A stretch of 64,000 nt of DNA from Cyanobacteria bacterium P01_D01_bin.156 (GCA_039024555.1 JBCCQQ010000023.1:16094-80093), one strand, 5' to 3'; positions 29,454 through 39,006 are shown, numbered from the stretch's first letter. Notes: generated from the letters alone by a model not told the origin. Numbers and translations are program-made.

Positions 29454-31139
29454 ATCGAAACCATTTACGGCGAGCTAAAGGGGCTAAAACCCAGTCAGCT
29501 CAAGCAACTACGTCGGCTATATCACCAGCGAATTCCCGGTAGTCAGATCACTAACCGCGAGTTTGCCCAGCGTTTGGCGGCCATCAGTACAGACATTAAC
29601 CAGGCCGTGTGTGCCTACATTGACCGTCGGGGCCACGTACTCCGGATTGGGGTGGGTTCCCCCAGGCAGACTCAAATTCCGACCCTGGAACTACCCCGTT
29701 ACGGTGCCGAGCGTCTGTGTGGTATTCGCTGTATCGCCACCCAGCTCAAGCAAGAACAACCGGGGAACGCTGCCCTTACCGCCATGGCCCTACAGCGGCT
29801 AGATGCTCTAGTTTTGCTGACGCTGACCGGTAGTGGCTTTCAGCGAAAAGGAGGTGGAGCCACCGGATATATCCGAGAAGCTTATCTGGCTCATCTAGTG
29901 CCGGACGACACCCAGCGCTGGTCAGTTTCTGAACCCATGGATTTAGAAACTCTCAGCGACGAAGACTTTATTGACCTCACAGAAGGTCTCGAAGAAGAAT
30001 TCCGGCGACTGTTTGTGGCTCAGCAAGTGGATGCTAGCCACGACCGGGTTCTACTGGTGGGACTGCAAACGGACAAGATCTCCACGCGACGTTTCAAAAG
30101 TGGTCTCGAAGAAATTGTGCGGTTGGTGGAAACCGCCGGAGGTGAAGTTTTAGAAACGCTGAAACAAAAGCGCTCAAAGCCCCATCCGCAAACAGTGTTA
30201 GGGGCAGGCAAGGTAGATGAGGTTGCCTTAGAAGCTCAAACCCTGGGAGCTAGCTTAGTGGTATTTGATCGGGATTTATCTCCGGCCCAGGTCCGCAGTT
30301 TGGAGCAGCGCATTGGGGTGCGAGTGGTAGATCGCACCGAGCTAATTTTAGATATTTTTGCCCAGCGAGCGCGTACGGGTGAGGGTAAGCTGCAGGTGGA
30401 GCTAGCCCAGCTAGAGTATCAGCTGCCCAAGTTAACCGGTCGTGGACAAGCCATGTCTCGACTAGGGGGTGGTATAGGTACCCGTGGCCCTGGTGAAACC
30501 AAGCTAGAAACAGAGCGCCGAGCGATCCAAAAACGGATTACGCGGCTGCAGCGAGAAGTCAATCAGCTGCAGGCCCATCGGGCGCGACTGCGCCAAAATC
30601 GTCAGCATCATGAGGTGCCATCCATTGCGGTGGTGGGATACACTAATGCGGGTAAATCAACATTGTTGAACACTCTCACTAATGCAGATATTTATGCAGC
30701 GGATCAGTTGTTTGCCACCTTGGATCCAACAACAAAACGATTAGCTGTGGTCGATCCCGAAACCCATGAAAAACGGTCCATGGTGCTGACGGATACGGTG
30801 GGGTTTATTCAAGACTTACCCCCCTCTCTGATGGATGCGTTTCGGGCCACATTAGAAGAAGTGACAGAAGCAGACGCGCTAATGCATGTGGTGGATTTAT
30901 CCCATACTGCATGGCAAGCACACATCCGTTCGGTAATGGGAATTTTAGGACAGATGCCAACAACGCCAGGGCCGATTCTGTTGGTATTTAATAAGTTGGA
31001 TGCGGTGGATAGCGATACTCTTGCTGTGGCGAAGGATGAGTATCCACAAGCGTTGTTTATTTCGGCTGCACAGAAGCTGGGGCTTGAGACGTTACGGCAG
31101 CGGTTGGTGCAGTTAGTTGATTATGCTGTGGCCGGTTAA
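29454..31139 (+). CDS. hflX: Ribosome-splitting GTPase HflX; probable start at ATC 29454
   Basis: GGGIGTRGPGETKLE, GYTNAGKS, LFATLDPT, DTVGF, NKLD. The frame is open upstream of the called TTG (29574) and encodes IETIYGELKGLKPSQLKQLRRLY. Confidence 0.93.
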   Translation: METIYGELKGLKPSQLKQLRRLYHQRIPGSQITNREFAQRLAAISTDINQAVCAYIDRRGHVLRIGVGSPRQTQIPTLELPRYGAERLCGIRCIATQLKQEQPGNAALTAMALQRLDALVLLTLTGSGFQRKGGGATGYIREAYLAHLVPDDTQRWSVSEPMDLETLSDEDFIDLTEGLEEEFRRLFVAQQVDASHDRVLLVGLQTDKISTRRFKSGLEEIVRLVETAGGEVLETLKQKRSKPHPQTVLGAGKVDEVALEAQTLGASLVVFDRDLSPAQVRSLEQRIGVRVVDRTELILDIFAQRARTGEGKLQVELAQLEYQLPKLTGRGQAMSRLGGGIGTRGPGETKLETERRAIQKRITRLQREVNQLQAHRARLRQNRQHHEVPSIAVVGYTNAGKSTLLNTLTNADIYAADQLFATLDPTTKRLAVVDPETHEKRSMVLTDTVGFIQDLPPSLMDAFRATLEEVTEADALMHVVDLSHTAWQAHIRSVMGILGQMPTTPGPILLVFNKLDAVDSDTLAVAKDEYPQALFISAAQKLGLETLRQRLVQLVDYAVAG

Positions 31140-31167
31140 TCAGGTCTTGGTTAATTGCCAACATTCC

Positions 31168-31195
31168 TAGGGTGGGCACAAGGCACCACCCCTAC
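31168..31195. repeat. GTAGGGG-type REP-like imperfect palindrome
   Basis: Minus strand GTAGGGGTGGTGCCTTGTGCCCACCCTA between convergent hflX and ccmK; same GTAGGGG start as the element at 27199. Confidence 0.55.
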
Positions 31196-31225
31196 AATTT
31201 TTTCAATCTGCTGAACTTTGTCCGC

Positions 31226-31537
31226 TTAAACTCTAAAGGGTTCTGATGCTTCATCGAAGTGTAGGGGTAAGACACTTTCAATATTTTCAGTGGGGTGGGG
31301 CACGGTGTAGTGGGACGTTACTTTCCCATTATTGGGGCAGGCATTAGCCGCTTTTATGCCTGCTTCCATGGCTCTATCAACTTCAGCTACACGCCCTCGA
31401 ATGGTGACAAACTGACGTCCGCTATCGGCCTGGTTAATGCCTAAAAGGGAGACATTGCCTGCTTTAACCATGGCATCTGCCGCTGCTAGCGAAGCTGGAA
31501 ATCCGTGGGTTTCGATTACGCCGATAGAGTAAAGCAT
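31226..31537 (-). CDS. ccmK: BMC-H carboxysome shell protein, CcmK3-like
   Basis: IGVIETHGFPASLAAADAMVK...RG.VAEV; C-terminal tail PHPTENIESVLPL..EPFR. Confidence 0.85.
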   Translation of the reverse strand: MLYSIGVIETHGFPASLAAADAMVKAGNVSLLGINQADSGRQFVTIRGRVAEVDRAMEAGIKAANACPNNGKVTSHYTVPHPTENIESVLPLHFDEASEPFRV

Positions 31538-31699
31538 AGGGTGGTGATTTTATTGTGAAGCTGCTTTTCTCAATATACCTGAGACCCGACACTCAATCCT
31601 TGGCACTTGATACCCAAGATTCGGATACCTATTTCACAGAGTTCAATTTCAAGCAATCTGGATAGAATAGCTAGACTACCAGTTCATTCATGGATTTCT

Positions 31700-32266
31700 A
31701 TGAGTCAAACTGCTGAGCGAGTTCGATGGACGATACGGGATTTAGAAGTATTGCCTCAAAGCGAAGGCACGCGATACGAACTAATTAATGGAGAGCTGTT
31801 TGTGACTCGTTCGCCCCATCGTCGGCATCAGCAGATCAGTGGCAAAATTTTTGCGGCTTTGGATGAGTGGTCAGAATCATCGGGTTTGGGAGAAGCAATT
31901 TTGGCACCGGGGATTATTCCGTCAGATACGGATAATGTGATTCCTGATGTGGTGTGGATTAGTAAGCAGCGGTTGGCTGTATTGGAAGATGAGGCAGGAC
32001 ATCTTACGGGTTTTCCTGAGCTGATTGTTGAGGTCTTGTCACCTGGTGACAATAATATTCGTCGAGACCGTGAGGCAAAGCTGAAGCTTTATTCAGTGCA
32101 GGGTGTTCAAGAGTATTGGATTGCGGATCGCTTTACGCAGCAGTTAGAGATTTATCGTCGGCAGCAGGGACAGTTAGCATTAGTTGAAACGCTGATAGCA
32201 ACAGATGAAGTGACATCGCCACTGTTGCCAGATTTTACTTATTCCATTAGGCGTTTTTTGGGGTAA
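31700..32266 (+). CDS. Uma2 family endonuclease
   Basis: RYELINGEL, P..RHQ, PD, PELIVEVLSPG, K..LY...GVQEYWI. Confidence 0.92.
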   Translation: MSQTAERVRWTIRDLEVLPQSEGTRYELINGELFVTRSPHRRHQQISGKIFAALDEWSESSGLGEAILAPGIIPSDTDNVIPDVVWISKQRLAVLEDEAGHLTGFPELIVEVLSPGDNNIRRDREAKLKLYSVQGVQEYWIADRFTQQLEIYRRQQGQLALVETLIATDEVTSPLLPDFTYSIRRFLG

Positions 32267-32330
32267 TAAATCAGCAAGATAGGTTCAGAAAACTGGTTTT
32301 TTCTAATGCTTATTCTGCATAGGACTACTC

Positions 32331-34340
32331 ATGACAAATAAGCAAATGACTAAGCAATATGAATTCTCTCTGAAAGTGAGAAACTATAAGTGCTTTGGCA
32401 AGTACCCGCAAGGGTTTGAACAGATAAAAACCTTGAATTTGATTCTAGGACGTAATAATACTGGTAAATCAAGCTTATTAGATCTTATTGAAGAGCTAAG
32501 TAAACTGAAGTTAGCTACAGAATATTTGAAAGATGCCTATCAAAACACTTCTGGAAACAACAACAGTCAAGATTTTAGTAAGATACGCCAAAATGCTCAG
32601 GAAATAATTAGCATCCCAAATATCTTCCGACATGATAAAGCTGCACCAGAAATAATAATAGAAATTGCACTGAGAGAAGATTTTCTAAGACACCACTTTT
32701 CTGAGCAAAACGTAATCAATAATATAGATTTTGCTAAAGTCCTCTTTCCTGAGCAGTTCAATTCACCTGGTTCTTATAATCGCAGTGCTCGCCTAAATTA
32801 TTGGGATATTGGCAAAAGTTACATCAACAGCAAAGCTTCCCTAAGATATAGGATAAATTTAAAGAGTGACTATGGGAATAGGTCTAAAGTTGAATCTCAT
32901 AAAGAATTAATTAATACATCTTTAGAAGGCAATCGAACTGATCCCTTAAAAAGATTATCACTCTTTTTGAAGAAAAACCCAAAACATACTCAATTTAGTG
33001 CCTATAACAATGAATCTAAAAAGATAGAGAGTGCTCTATCTGAAAGTGCGTTAAAACAACTTGCTAATTTTTTTGATCCATTCGTCAATAAACAATTTAA
33101 GAGGATCTATCCAGACAGAAACATTTTGCCCGAAGAAGATAATATCTATGATTTAGATATATCGGGAGATGGTAGAGGTGTAACTAATATTATTCAAAAC
33201 TTTTATAATCGAGAAGATTTGGATAGGAATCTCATAGGAGACAGTATTCTAAACGATTTGAACCACATTTTCAGAGGTGATGCTGAGTTCCTGAACATCA
33301 TACCAAGAAGAAAAACAGATGGAAAATGGGAAGTTGCACTTGAAGAGGAAAGAAAGGGAACTATTTCACTCTCTCAATCTGGAAGTTCTTTGAAAACTGT
33401 TATGATTCTTCTAGTTTATCTTCATTTAGTGCCAGTCATAGATCAGAAGAGTCTTTCTAGTTATGTCTTTTTAATTGAAGAGTTGGAAAATAATCTGCAT
33501 CCATCTTTGCTCAGGAGACTTCTTATTTACATATCAGAGAAGGCTAACAAAGATGGTTGTATTTTCTTTATGGCGACTCACTCAAATGTTGCTATTGATA
33601 TGTTCAGTAGTGATGAAAATGCACAAATCATACATGTAACTCACGATGCAAAATCTTCCAATGTAGAGATCGTCACCAGTCATCTTGATGGGCTTGCTAT
33701 TCTAGAAGACCTGGGAATTCGAGCTAGCGATCTGTTGCAAGCAAATGGAATTATTTGGGTTGAGGGGCCTTCTGACGTTATTTATATTGAAAAATGGTTA
33801 GAAATGTATGGTCAAGAGAATCAACTATCTCCTTTGGTTAGAGGGCTTCAGTATGAGTTTCAGATGTTTGGAGGAGCACTACTTGATAGCTTATGCCTTA
33901 TCAAAAATGGGAGTAGTGAAGAGGAAGAGTATAAAAAAATAGTATCTATGCTCAGTTTCAGTCGTAACGCTTTTGTTGTCATAGATAGTGATGCAGTTAA
34001 AAAGAATATAAAAGGGCAAGATAAAATTGTTGATAAATCTAAGTTTTCAGCAGCTAAAAAATATATTAAAAATCAATTTACTGAGCTAAGCAGGTATGGC
34101 CTTAATCTGGGAATTTGGTACAAAGCAGGAAATACAAAAATTAAAACACTAGAAGAATACCTTGACAAAGACACAATTGAAAATTTTGGCACTCAAGAGT
34201 TGAGCAAGAAGACGAAGAAAATATATGCCCAGATGGTTACACAAAGTTGGGATGAGACCAAAAGTCTTGATGATTTTCCCAATAATTTGAAAAGGGAAAT
34301 TGAAAGCCTCTACCAAATGATCATGACGTGGAATCAGTAG
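32331..34340 (+). CDS. OLD-family ATP-dependent nuclease (ABC ATPase + TOPRIM)
   Basis: NYKCF, Walker A GRNNTGKS, QSGSS, Walker B/D-loop IEELENNLHP, THS; TOPRIM VEGPSD, DSD, LEEY; visibly AT-rich. Confidence 0.85.
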   Translation: MTNKQMTKQYEFSLKVRNYKCFGKYPQGFEQIKTLNLILGRNNTGKSSLLDLIEELSKLKLATEYLKDAYQNTSGNNNSQDFSKIRQNAQEIISIPNIFRHDKAAPEIIIEIALREDFLRHHFSEQNVINNIDFAKVLFPEQFNSPGSYNRSARLNYWDIGKSYINSKASLRYRINLKSDYGNRSKVESHKELINTSLEGNRTDPLKRLSLFLKKNPKHTQFSAYNNESKKIESALSESALKQLANFFDPFVNKQFKRIYPDRNILPEEDNIYDLDISGDGRGVTNIIQNFYNREDLDRNLIGDSILNDLNHIFRGDAEFLNIIPRRKTDGKWEVALEEERKGTISLSQSGSSLKTVMILLVYLHLVPVIDQKSLSSYVFLIEELENNLHPSLLRRLLIYISEKANKDGCIFFMATHSNVAIDMFSSDENAQIIHVTHDAKSSNVEIVTSHLDGLAILEDLGIRASDLLQANGIIWVEGPSDVIYIEKWLEMYGQENQLSPLVRGLQYEFQMFGGALLDSLCLIKNGSSEEEEYKKIVSMLSFSRNAFVVIDSDAVKKNIKGQDKIVDKSKFSAAKKYIKNQFTELSRYGLNLGIWYKAGNTKIKTLEEYLDKDTIENFGTQELSKKTKKIYAQMVTQSWDETKSLDDFPNNLKREIESLYQMIMTWNQ

Positions 34341-34447
34341 ATAACTAGGATGTGTTGCATACGCTTCTCAGAAAGAAGCTCATATTCCAAAACTTGAGTG
34401 GATTAGTAAGGTCTTGTCCACCAACACTTAATAACGTTTTATTGAGA

Positions 34448-35317
34448 CTAAGCAAGATTGTTGTAAAAAGCGTCTATCTCCTCCACAGATAAACCCACCA
34501 TTTCAGCAATAACTTTCGTCTCCATTCCCGCCTGCCGTAAATTTCTGATTACCTGTTGCAACCGTTCCTCTGCCTCATCTGCACGCTGCGCTTCTATTTC
34601 CGTATCTGTTAGCAGCCAATTACCTGCACTATCACACCATCGTAGCCAGCTATGCTCAATGCCCTCAAACGTGCCTGACCACACACCTAAGCCCAGATCC
34701 AACTCCGGTATCCACAGCTGCGGCTGCGCTTCCTGCACCACCTGCTCCTCATACCGCGCACCCACCAGACGAAAGAACCTGACCACTCCTGTATAGCGAC
34801 TAAACACCACATAGTAAGGCACCCGTAAAACCTGCTCATACACCTGCCACTTTCGCGGTGGCGTAGGCTGACCATTCGTGATTTGGTCGGCGTTGGCGGC
34901 TCCATCCCCGTGAAATGGCCCCAAATCCTCTGTTTCAGTCCCTGGCGACAAAAACTCTACTACCACCAGTGGACTCACACCCTCTTGCCACACCACATAG
35001 CTATTACGCAAATCTTTGCCATCATAGAGCCTCGGCACATCCACCGCCAAAAACCAATCAGGTCGCTTATGCCACGACGGATTGCGCACATCGTAGTAGA
35101 GATTGATGTCCGTACCCGTGAAATAGTTATCGGCCCCATACTGAGTCAATCGCAACGTACGACTCAGCAACTGAGGTTGTAAATCATGAAACTCGTCAGC
35201 CAAGCCAGGCTCCTCCGGAAATTCACTCGGCAAATCATACATCGTCGGTAGCGTTTCCGACGGTGGCAATGGAGGCACTGGCTGTAAAAGCTCTATGGGC
35301 TCTTTCGCCTGAGTCAT
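34448..35317 (-). CDS. Uma2 family endonuclease (cyanobacterial long form)
   Basis: LPTMYDLPSE.PEEPGL.DEFH, RPDWF, VVEFLSPGT, KWQVYE. Confidence 0.9.
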   Translation of the reverse strand: MTQAKEPIELLQPVPPLPPSETLPTMYDLPSEFPEEPGLADEFHDLQPQLLSRTLRLTQYGADNYFTGTDINLYYDVRNPSWHKRPDWFLAVDVPRLYDGKDLRNSYVVWQEGVSPLVVVEFLSPGTETEDLGPFHGDGAANADQITNGQPTPPRKWQVYEQVLRVPYYVVFSRYTGVVRFFRLVGARYEEQVVQEAQPQLWIPELDLGLGVWSGTFEGIEHSWLRWCDSAGNWLLTDTEIEAQRADEAEERLQQVIRNLRQAGMETKVIAEMVGLSVEEIDAFYNNLA

Positions 35318-35392
35318 AAGAAGAATTAGCGCGAGAGTGATTATCTAAATAATACTGTGCAAAACTAAAAACCTTACATCCACGGCAGACTG

Positions 35393-36007
35393 CTACTTAG
35401 CAATATTTTGTTCACATAGTGCAAAAAAGACTCTTAATCTGCCTAATAACATCGACATATCTCCCACCCCCGTTAACAGTGATTCACTGGCTTCACCGTT
35501 AACGGTCAATCGATAAAACTTCCAACCCTCACCGTTGGTGACAATGCCATAGCTATCAATCTCTCTTCCCTGCTGTTGATTTAGCCACTGACACGTTTTC
35601 ATCTCCACCAAACACTGGGCAGCCCCTTGTTCAAAATTGTCTTTCTTTGCCTCAATGACGCAGACGTAGGGTAGTTCCAAGTAGGCTCGTCGTTCAGCAA
35701 TTAAGTAATCTGCATTGCCACAAACATCATCACCTTCTAAATACGCCCCTTTCCATACCTTCAGCTCTTGTGATGCTTCTAATCCTTCTTCGCAAATAGC
35801 ATCAATTAATAATGTTTTCGATACCTCTAGACTCTCCAGGTCAAACCGCTGGAGTCGTTCCAAACGCTGCTGAAAAAAATCGCTTACGGGGATAGGCTCT
35901 GCCTCAATGGTCCAGCGCTTTAGTTCCGTAATACCTAGATACTTAAAAGCATCCTTGTAGGTAAAACTGGAGAAGCTTTTTTTGCGGTTTTGAGTCGCTT
36001 GTGACAT
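35393..36007 (-). CDS. HsdR-N-like PD-(D/E)XK nuclease-fold protein
   Basis: G.ADY...VIEAKK..FEQG.AQC, YGIVTNGEGWKF. Confidence 0.75.
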   Translation of the reverse strand: MSQATQNRKKSFSSFTYKDAFKYLGITELKRWTIEAEPIPVSDFFQQRLERLQRFDLESLEVSKTLLIDAICEEGLEASQELKVWKGAYLEGDDVCGNADYLIAERRAYLELPYVCVIEAKKDNFEQGAAQCLVEMKTCQWLNQQQGREIDSYGIVTNGEGWKFYRLTVNGEASESLLTGVGDMSMLLGRLRVFFALCEQNIAK

Positions 36008-36111
36008 GGCCGATATCCACTAGGCTGCCTTTATTATGACAGTCGCCCAAGCTTTCGGAACTAGGATTGAACAAGGTTATCAACTTGGATATCTGCAATC
36101 AGGGATAACTG

Positions 36112-36206
36112 ATCCCCTAATCGGAGGGGCGAAGGGGTGGGTTGAACATTAGAGTTAGCGTTCGAGACCCACCCCGCCTTTCAGGCATCCCTTTCAAGGA
36201 GGGGAT
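36112..36206. repeat. ~95-bp nested palindromic intergenic element
   Basis: Outer ATCCCCT/AGGGGAT and inner GGGGTGGGT (36134-42)/ACCCACCCC (36167-75) inverted repeats. Confidence 0.6.
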
Positions 36207-36251
36207 TATTCAGAAAGTACTTAAGCAAGTAGTAGGATTAATGGTGTAATC

Positions 36252-38300
36252 CTAGTTTACGCGGCAGTTCTCCACGATTTCCTGAGTTGCTTTCTGTATA
36301 TCAACAGCCCAACTCTCACCAGCTTGCATAGCTTTCTCCACGCTCTCTAGCGCCTGATAGAACAACTGCCAGCCAGCTTTCTCACGTTCGTAAGTCTTCT
36401 GCAAATCGCTAGGTTCACCCTGAATAAAGTCAAACCCTTCCTGCAGTTGGAAAACGCCGGTATGGATAAACTCAGTGGCTTCAGCCGTTTTACCAGCATT
36501 AAACAGATTTGCCACCTTGAGAGAGAACCTCAACATAGCGACAGTGATGGGCAGCTTAGACATAAAGCAACCGGTAAATGGTGCAATGTCTGCTTTGATG
36601 CTAGCTGTTGCTTCAGGTAGTACCTCAGCATACTTGGAGAATAATAAAATCCGCAGATAGTCTCCCACCTGCTTACCCACCTTCGCCATGGCAATGGCTT
36701 CCTGGGCAAACCCTTCTTTATCGTGGCGCATGATTAGACCAGAGGCATGGGCGTAGCCTAGGTTAGGCTGCTGGCCCCGAGCGGAGAGAATATATGCCTG
36801 GTCTTCTGCACGTCCGATAAAGCTTGGGGTAAAGGTGCGATAACGGCGTAGGGTATCCACCAGAATTCCGTTGGTGCCACCGGTCACATGGATTCGCTGG
36901 ATGGCTTTAGTCTTGCCATCAAAGTCACTATCGGCACCGTAGCGAGTCATCATTTCTGCTTCAGTGGAAAGTGCCTGGGGCAGCTTACTAAAGAACACAT
37001 ACTCATCGGGAGCCAGCTTGGGGGTTGGAACGGTCACATCTGGCGTAAATACGCCCTTATGGATATCTTTTTGATTCACTAATGCACCGGCAATCATCCC
37101 CAGCTCAATGGGTTGACCTGCAGAATCTTTGCCAGTGGCTCCCCATAGGGGGGTCTTAAGATGGCCAAAGGCTGTAGCACCGGTTTGTTCTGCGAGTTCT
37201 GCCTGGGGAAAGACCTGGTCCAGGTCAATCTTAAAGGTGGCTTTGATGTCAGGATCGACGAGCACATTCCAGATGGCAACAATTGCCTTGAGAAAGCTGT
37301 AGTGACGACCATAGCGACCATCTACGCCAAAGACAGATAGCATTTCCTTGGCATTTTCGCCAGCGGATGTGTTTTCCAAAATGGGTAGCAACACCTTGTT
37401 GATGATGGTGTTGGTATCGGTTTCGGTAAAGGCGAAAATGTTTAGTGCATCCAGGGGCTCGCTGGCGGCTAGCACCTGCTTGAGATAGCTTTTGCCCAAT
37501 GTTTGTAACCGCTCATGGGTGACGGATACGGATAGGACGCAGTTTACTTTGTCCGTACTGCCTGACTGCTGGTTCTCATACTCCACTGCATGGTTCAAAT
37601 GCTTGAGTCCGTAGAGAATTTCGTTGCTTTCTTCGGCAATGCCAATGGGAATGGGGTGATCGTACCAATACAGCTGAGGATCTTCGGCGGCATCGGCTAA
37701 CTGGCTTTGGAAGTCGGTATCAAACCCGGAGAGGTCGGCAGACCCCAGGGGCATGGTGAGCAGGGCATTGGATGTGAAGAGCACCTGCTTAGCGGGGTTG
37801 TCGATGGGGCTGGGGTTAAGCTGATCGATGGTGACGGTGCGCTTTGCCCGCAGCTGGGCTACACCCTCAGCTTCTTGCCCCCAAAGGCCGGTCCCCTCTG
37901 GGAAAAGGACGGACCAGATGCCATTGGCTGCTGCAACGGTATTGCCAGCTGTGCCGTCTAGGGTGGTTGAGATCGCATCCAATTTAGCCTTAAGGTCAGT
38001 ATCCTGAGCACTCACCTTCTCTAGCTCTTGAGTAATCAGTTCTACGCTTTTGATATAAAACTGAGCGGTCTTTTCCCAGTCGGGGGATGTGGATAGTTTA
38101 TCTAGACAAGTTTTGGCATCAGCATAGCTAGGATGGGACTCCCCAGCCAGCAAAATCAGAAATGCCGTATTTAGAGTTTGTAGCAGTTTCCCTGTATCTT
38201 GTTCGTCAGTAATCGGGGCCAGTTCCAGGGGCAAAATAGCGTCATTGTCAGCACTAGCAGGCTGAGTTAGAAAACTCAGAATAGGATTGAGGGCTGTCAT
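36252..38300 (-). CDS. Conserved hypothetical protein (~680 aa), possible GT-A-fold enzyme
   Basis: Long ORF with motif-like blocks YWYDHPIPIG, GRHYSFLKA, FKIDLDQ, HVTGGTNG, GRAEDQAY, MRHDKE; start set at MTALNP. Confidence 0.8.
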   Translation of the reverse strand: MTALNPILSFLTQPASADNDAILPLELAPITDEQDTGKLLQTLNTAFLILLAGESHPSYADAKTCLDKLSTSPDWEKTAQFYIKSVELITQELEKVSAQDTDLKAKLDAISTTLDGTAGNTVAAANGIWSVLFPEGTGLWGQEAEGVAQLRAKRTVTIDQLNPSPIDNPAKQVLFTSNALLTMPLGSADLSGFDTDFQSQLADAAEDPQLYWYDHPIPIGIAEESNEILYGLKHLNHAVEYENQQSGSTDKVNCVLSVSVTHERLQTLGKSYLKQVLAASEPLDALNIFAFTETDTNTIINKVLLPILENTSAGENAKEMLSVFGVDGRYGRHYSFLKAIVAIWNVLVDPDIKATFKIDLDQVFPQAELAEQTGATAFGHLKTPLWGATGKDSAGQPIELGMIAGALVNQKDIHKGVFTPDVTVPTPKLAPDEYVFFSKLPQALSTEAEMMTRYGADSDFDGKTKAIQRIHVTGGTNGILVDTLRRYRTFTPSFIGRAEDQAYILSARGQQPNLGYAHASGLIMRHDKEGFAQEAIAMAKVGKQVGDYLRILLFSKYAEVLPEATASIKADIAPFTGCFMSKLPITVAMLRFSLKVANLFNAGKTAEATEFIHTGVFQLQEGFDFIQGEPSDLQKTYEREKAGWQLFYQALESVEKAMQAGESWAVDIQKATQEIVENCRVN

Positions 38301-38460
38301 GGCTTTAGAAAAAATGTTTAAGGGGACAACATACGGGATCGTGTAGTGATACACCCCCCTATAGTTTTAGGCCAATCTGCTTGGAAGTATGGTGATGCGG
38401 ACTTCAAATCTTTCGAAGTTCTGCTGAAGTTTTATCTCAAAACGAAAATTTGACGAAATA

Positions 38461-38877
38461 TTAGCAGCGATCGCACACCCCGTGGACCGTCACCTCATAG
38501 CTCTCAACCGTAAGCCCAGAGCGCAATACCCCGGTATCTGCCACTTGAAACTGCTCCCAGGGAATATCTTCAATAGAGCCGCACTCCTTGCAGCGGAAAT
38601 GATGGTGTAGGTCCACATTGGCATCGTAGCGACACACACCTTCTTCTAACAGCACTTCACGGACTAGGCCTACATCGCGCAGCGCTTGTAATGAACTATA
38701 TATAGTTGCTTGAGAAGACCGGGGCACATCCTTATTAACATCGTGAAGGATCTGCTCAGCGGTTGGATGATCGTTACGAGCCAGCAGGTTGGCATAAACC
38801 GCAAAACGCTGGGGCGTTACGCGTAGCTTCTTAGCTTTAAGCAGCTTGACGATTTCTTCCGTCTGTTGAGACATCAC
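38461..38877 (-). CDS. perR: Fur-family peroxide-sensing repressor
   Basis: RVTPQR, HPTAE, HHHFRCKEC, CDRC; divergent from a peroxiredoxin. Confidence 0.85.
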   Translation of the reverse strand: MMSQQTEEIVKLLKAKKLRVTPQRFAVYANLLARNDHPTAEQILHDVNKDVPRSSQATIYSSLQALRDVGLVREVLLEEGVCRYDANVDLHHHFRCKECGSIEDIPWEQFQVADTGVLRSGLTVESYEVTVHGVCDRC

Positions 38878-39006
38878 CGATACAACCGATACGTTTCAAA
38901 ATGCATGCTTCTAAGGAGGCATCTAAGAATACAGGTTATCCATACCCCGGTCGCCTATAGTGCAAGCATAGCACTAGTATATTGGTATTCAACTTATATG
39001 ACACCT

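Noticed and set aside
32331..36007. Gabija, retron or type I restriction-modification system
   Set aside because: No UvrD helicase, reverse transcriptase, HsdM or HsdS nearby; the HsdR-N-like gene is short and has no helicase domain.
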